Shown: positions 63,220-64,000 of the stretch, piece after piece | How positions within the stretch are numbered: position 1 is the stretch's first letter | Layout: every line of letters begins with the position of its first letter | From: Marsupella aquatica | Taxonomy: Eukaryota > Plantae > Marchantiophyta | Assembly: GCA_973895155.1 (NCBI GenBank) | Contig: OZ316891.1 | Location: forward strand, 12,832,771-12,896,770 | DNA: 64,000 nucleotides | Reading direction: 5' to 3' | Made by a program: the position numbers and the translations under genes | The notes under the pieces: generated by a model | What the model was told of the DNA's origin: nothing | The model's input: the letters and a program-made list of their open reading frames with translations, nothing else | Database searches by the model: none

Positions 63220-64000
63220 TGGACTTTTGGTAGGAAGGCCAGCAACTAGAAAATTTCAAACCTTCCAGCGTACTAAAAGGAAAAGACCAACAACTTCAAC
63301 CCCTGCCTAACAGTCTACTTTCATGATAAGGATGAAAACAATCTGTGCCCAAAACCAATGTCAAACGACACCAAACACACAACATAGAAGGGGAACTAAT
63401 ACAGAGGTCATTTGTTTTAATTTTCTTAAGGCACATTAGTTGGACAATACTTTAGACGACCTTTATACTCAGCAACAATTGTCGGTCATGGGGGAGACGA
63501 CCACTTTTCCTCACGTCTGTCCTGGAGTCGATTCATAACGACCTATCTGATGACCTTCTTAAGCCACTCGAAATACGAAATGTCTGTCTCGACGAACCTT
63601 TTTTCTTTGATAATTGGGACACATGTCACCCACCTCACCTTCCATTTTATTGAACCAATTGATGTGGATGTCCAAATCCGACACTCATAACATGCATATC
63701 CAGATCACAAAAATTTCCTAAGGGGTAAATTTCCTCAGAAAGCTCACCAAATGATCCAAATCAGAAAAAGTGTTTTATCCTCAATGAACCCAATGGGCTA
63801 TATCGTCTATCAATCAACCAGGTTTGACAAAAATGAGCACCAAAGCTCCTAGAACCTTTTTCGAGACCACCACGACTTCGTGCGACTTTGTCATCATAAG
63901 CACTGAAGTCGGGGTGACTAGAGCCCAATCTAGTGCATGCTGACCCAACATATTTCGTACCCCAATAGTGTGTGATGAAGTAATTGGCCTCTGACAAAAG
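63220..64000 (-). mobile_element. Probable 3' end of a degenerate LINE running off the window edge
   Basis: Minus-strand WIIW-like motif near 63745-63760, followed by a T-rich 3'-UTR-like tract. Confidence 0.3.

Overview
Intron-rich eukaryotic DNA from a land plant; a bryophyte-grade or other non-seed plant is a guess, not provable here. It is not prokaryotic, and I saw no CRISPR array, rRNA or tRNA. There are four recognisable intact genes, all on +: a GH17+X8 beta-1,3-glucanase (10626-13133), a plastid-type polynucleotide phosphorylase (29729-38969, ~24 exons), a cationic amino acid transporter (~40307-42881) and an MLO with an unusually long His/Cys-rich C-tail (47512-56401). On the - strand there is a probable two-exon gene whose zinc finger forms only after splicing (59306-58219) and a disabled 5-exon HIR/SPFH pseudogene (~22596-24456). 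The most notable mobile DNA is a 5'-truncated non-LTR retrotransposon of the restriction-like-endonuclease (CRE/R2-like) type at 455-2956 with a perfect 11-bp TSD. At 27.9-29.2 kb, three short units resembling its 3' tail alternate with a repeated ~60-bp target-like motif, as expected from serial insertion at one site. Also present: a pogo/CENP-B deletion derivative, a MULE-like MITE, a CACTA-ended foldback, Harbinger and L1 relics and several tandem repeats. Exon coordinates and alignments were read by eye and may be off by a few bases.
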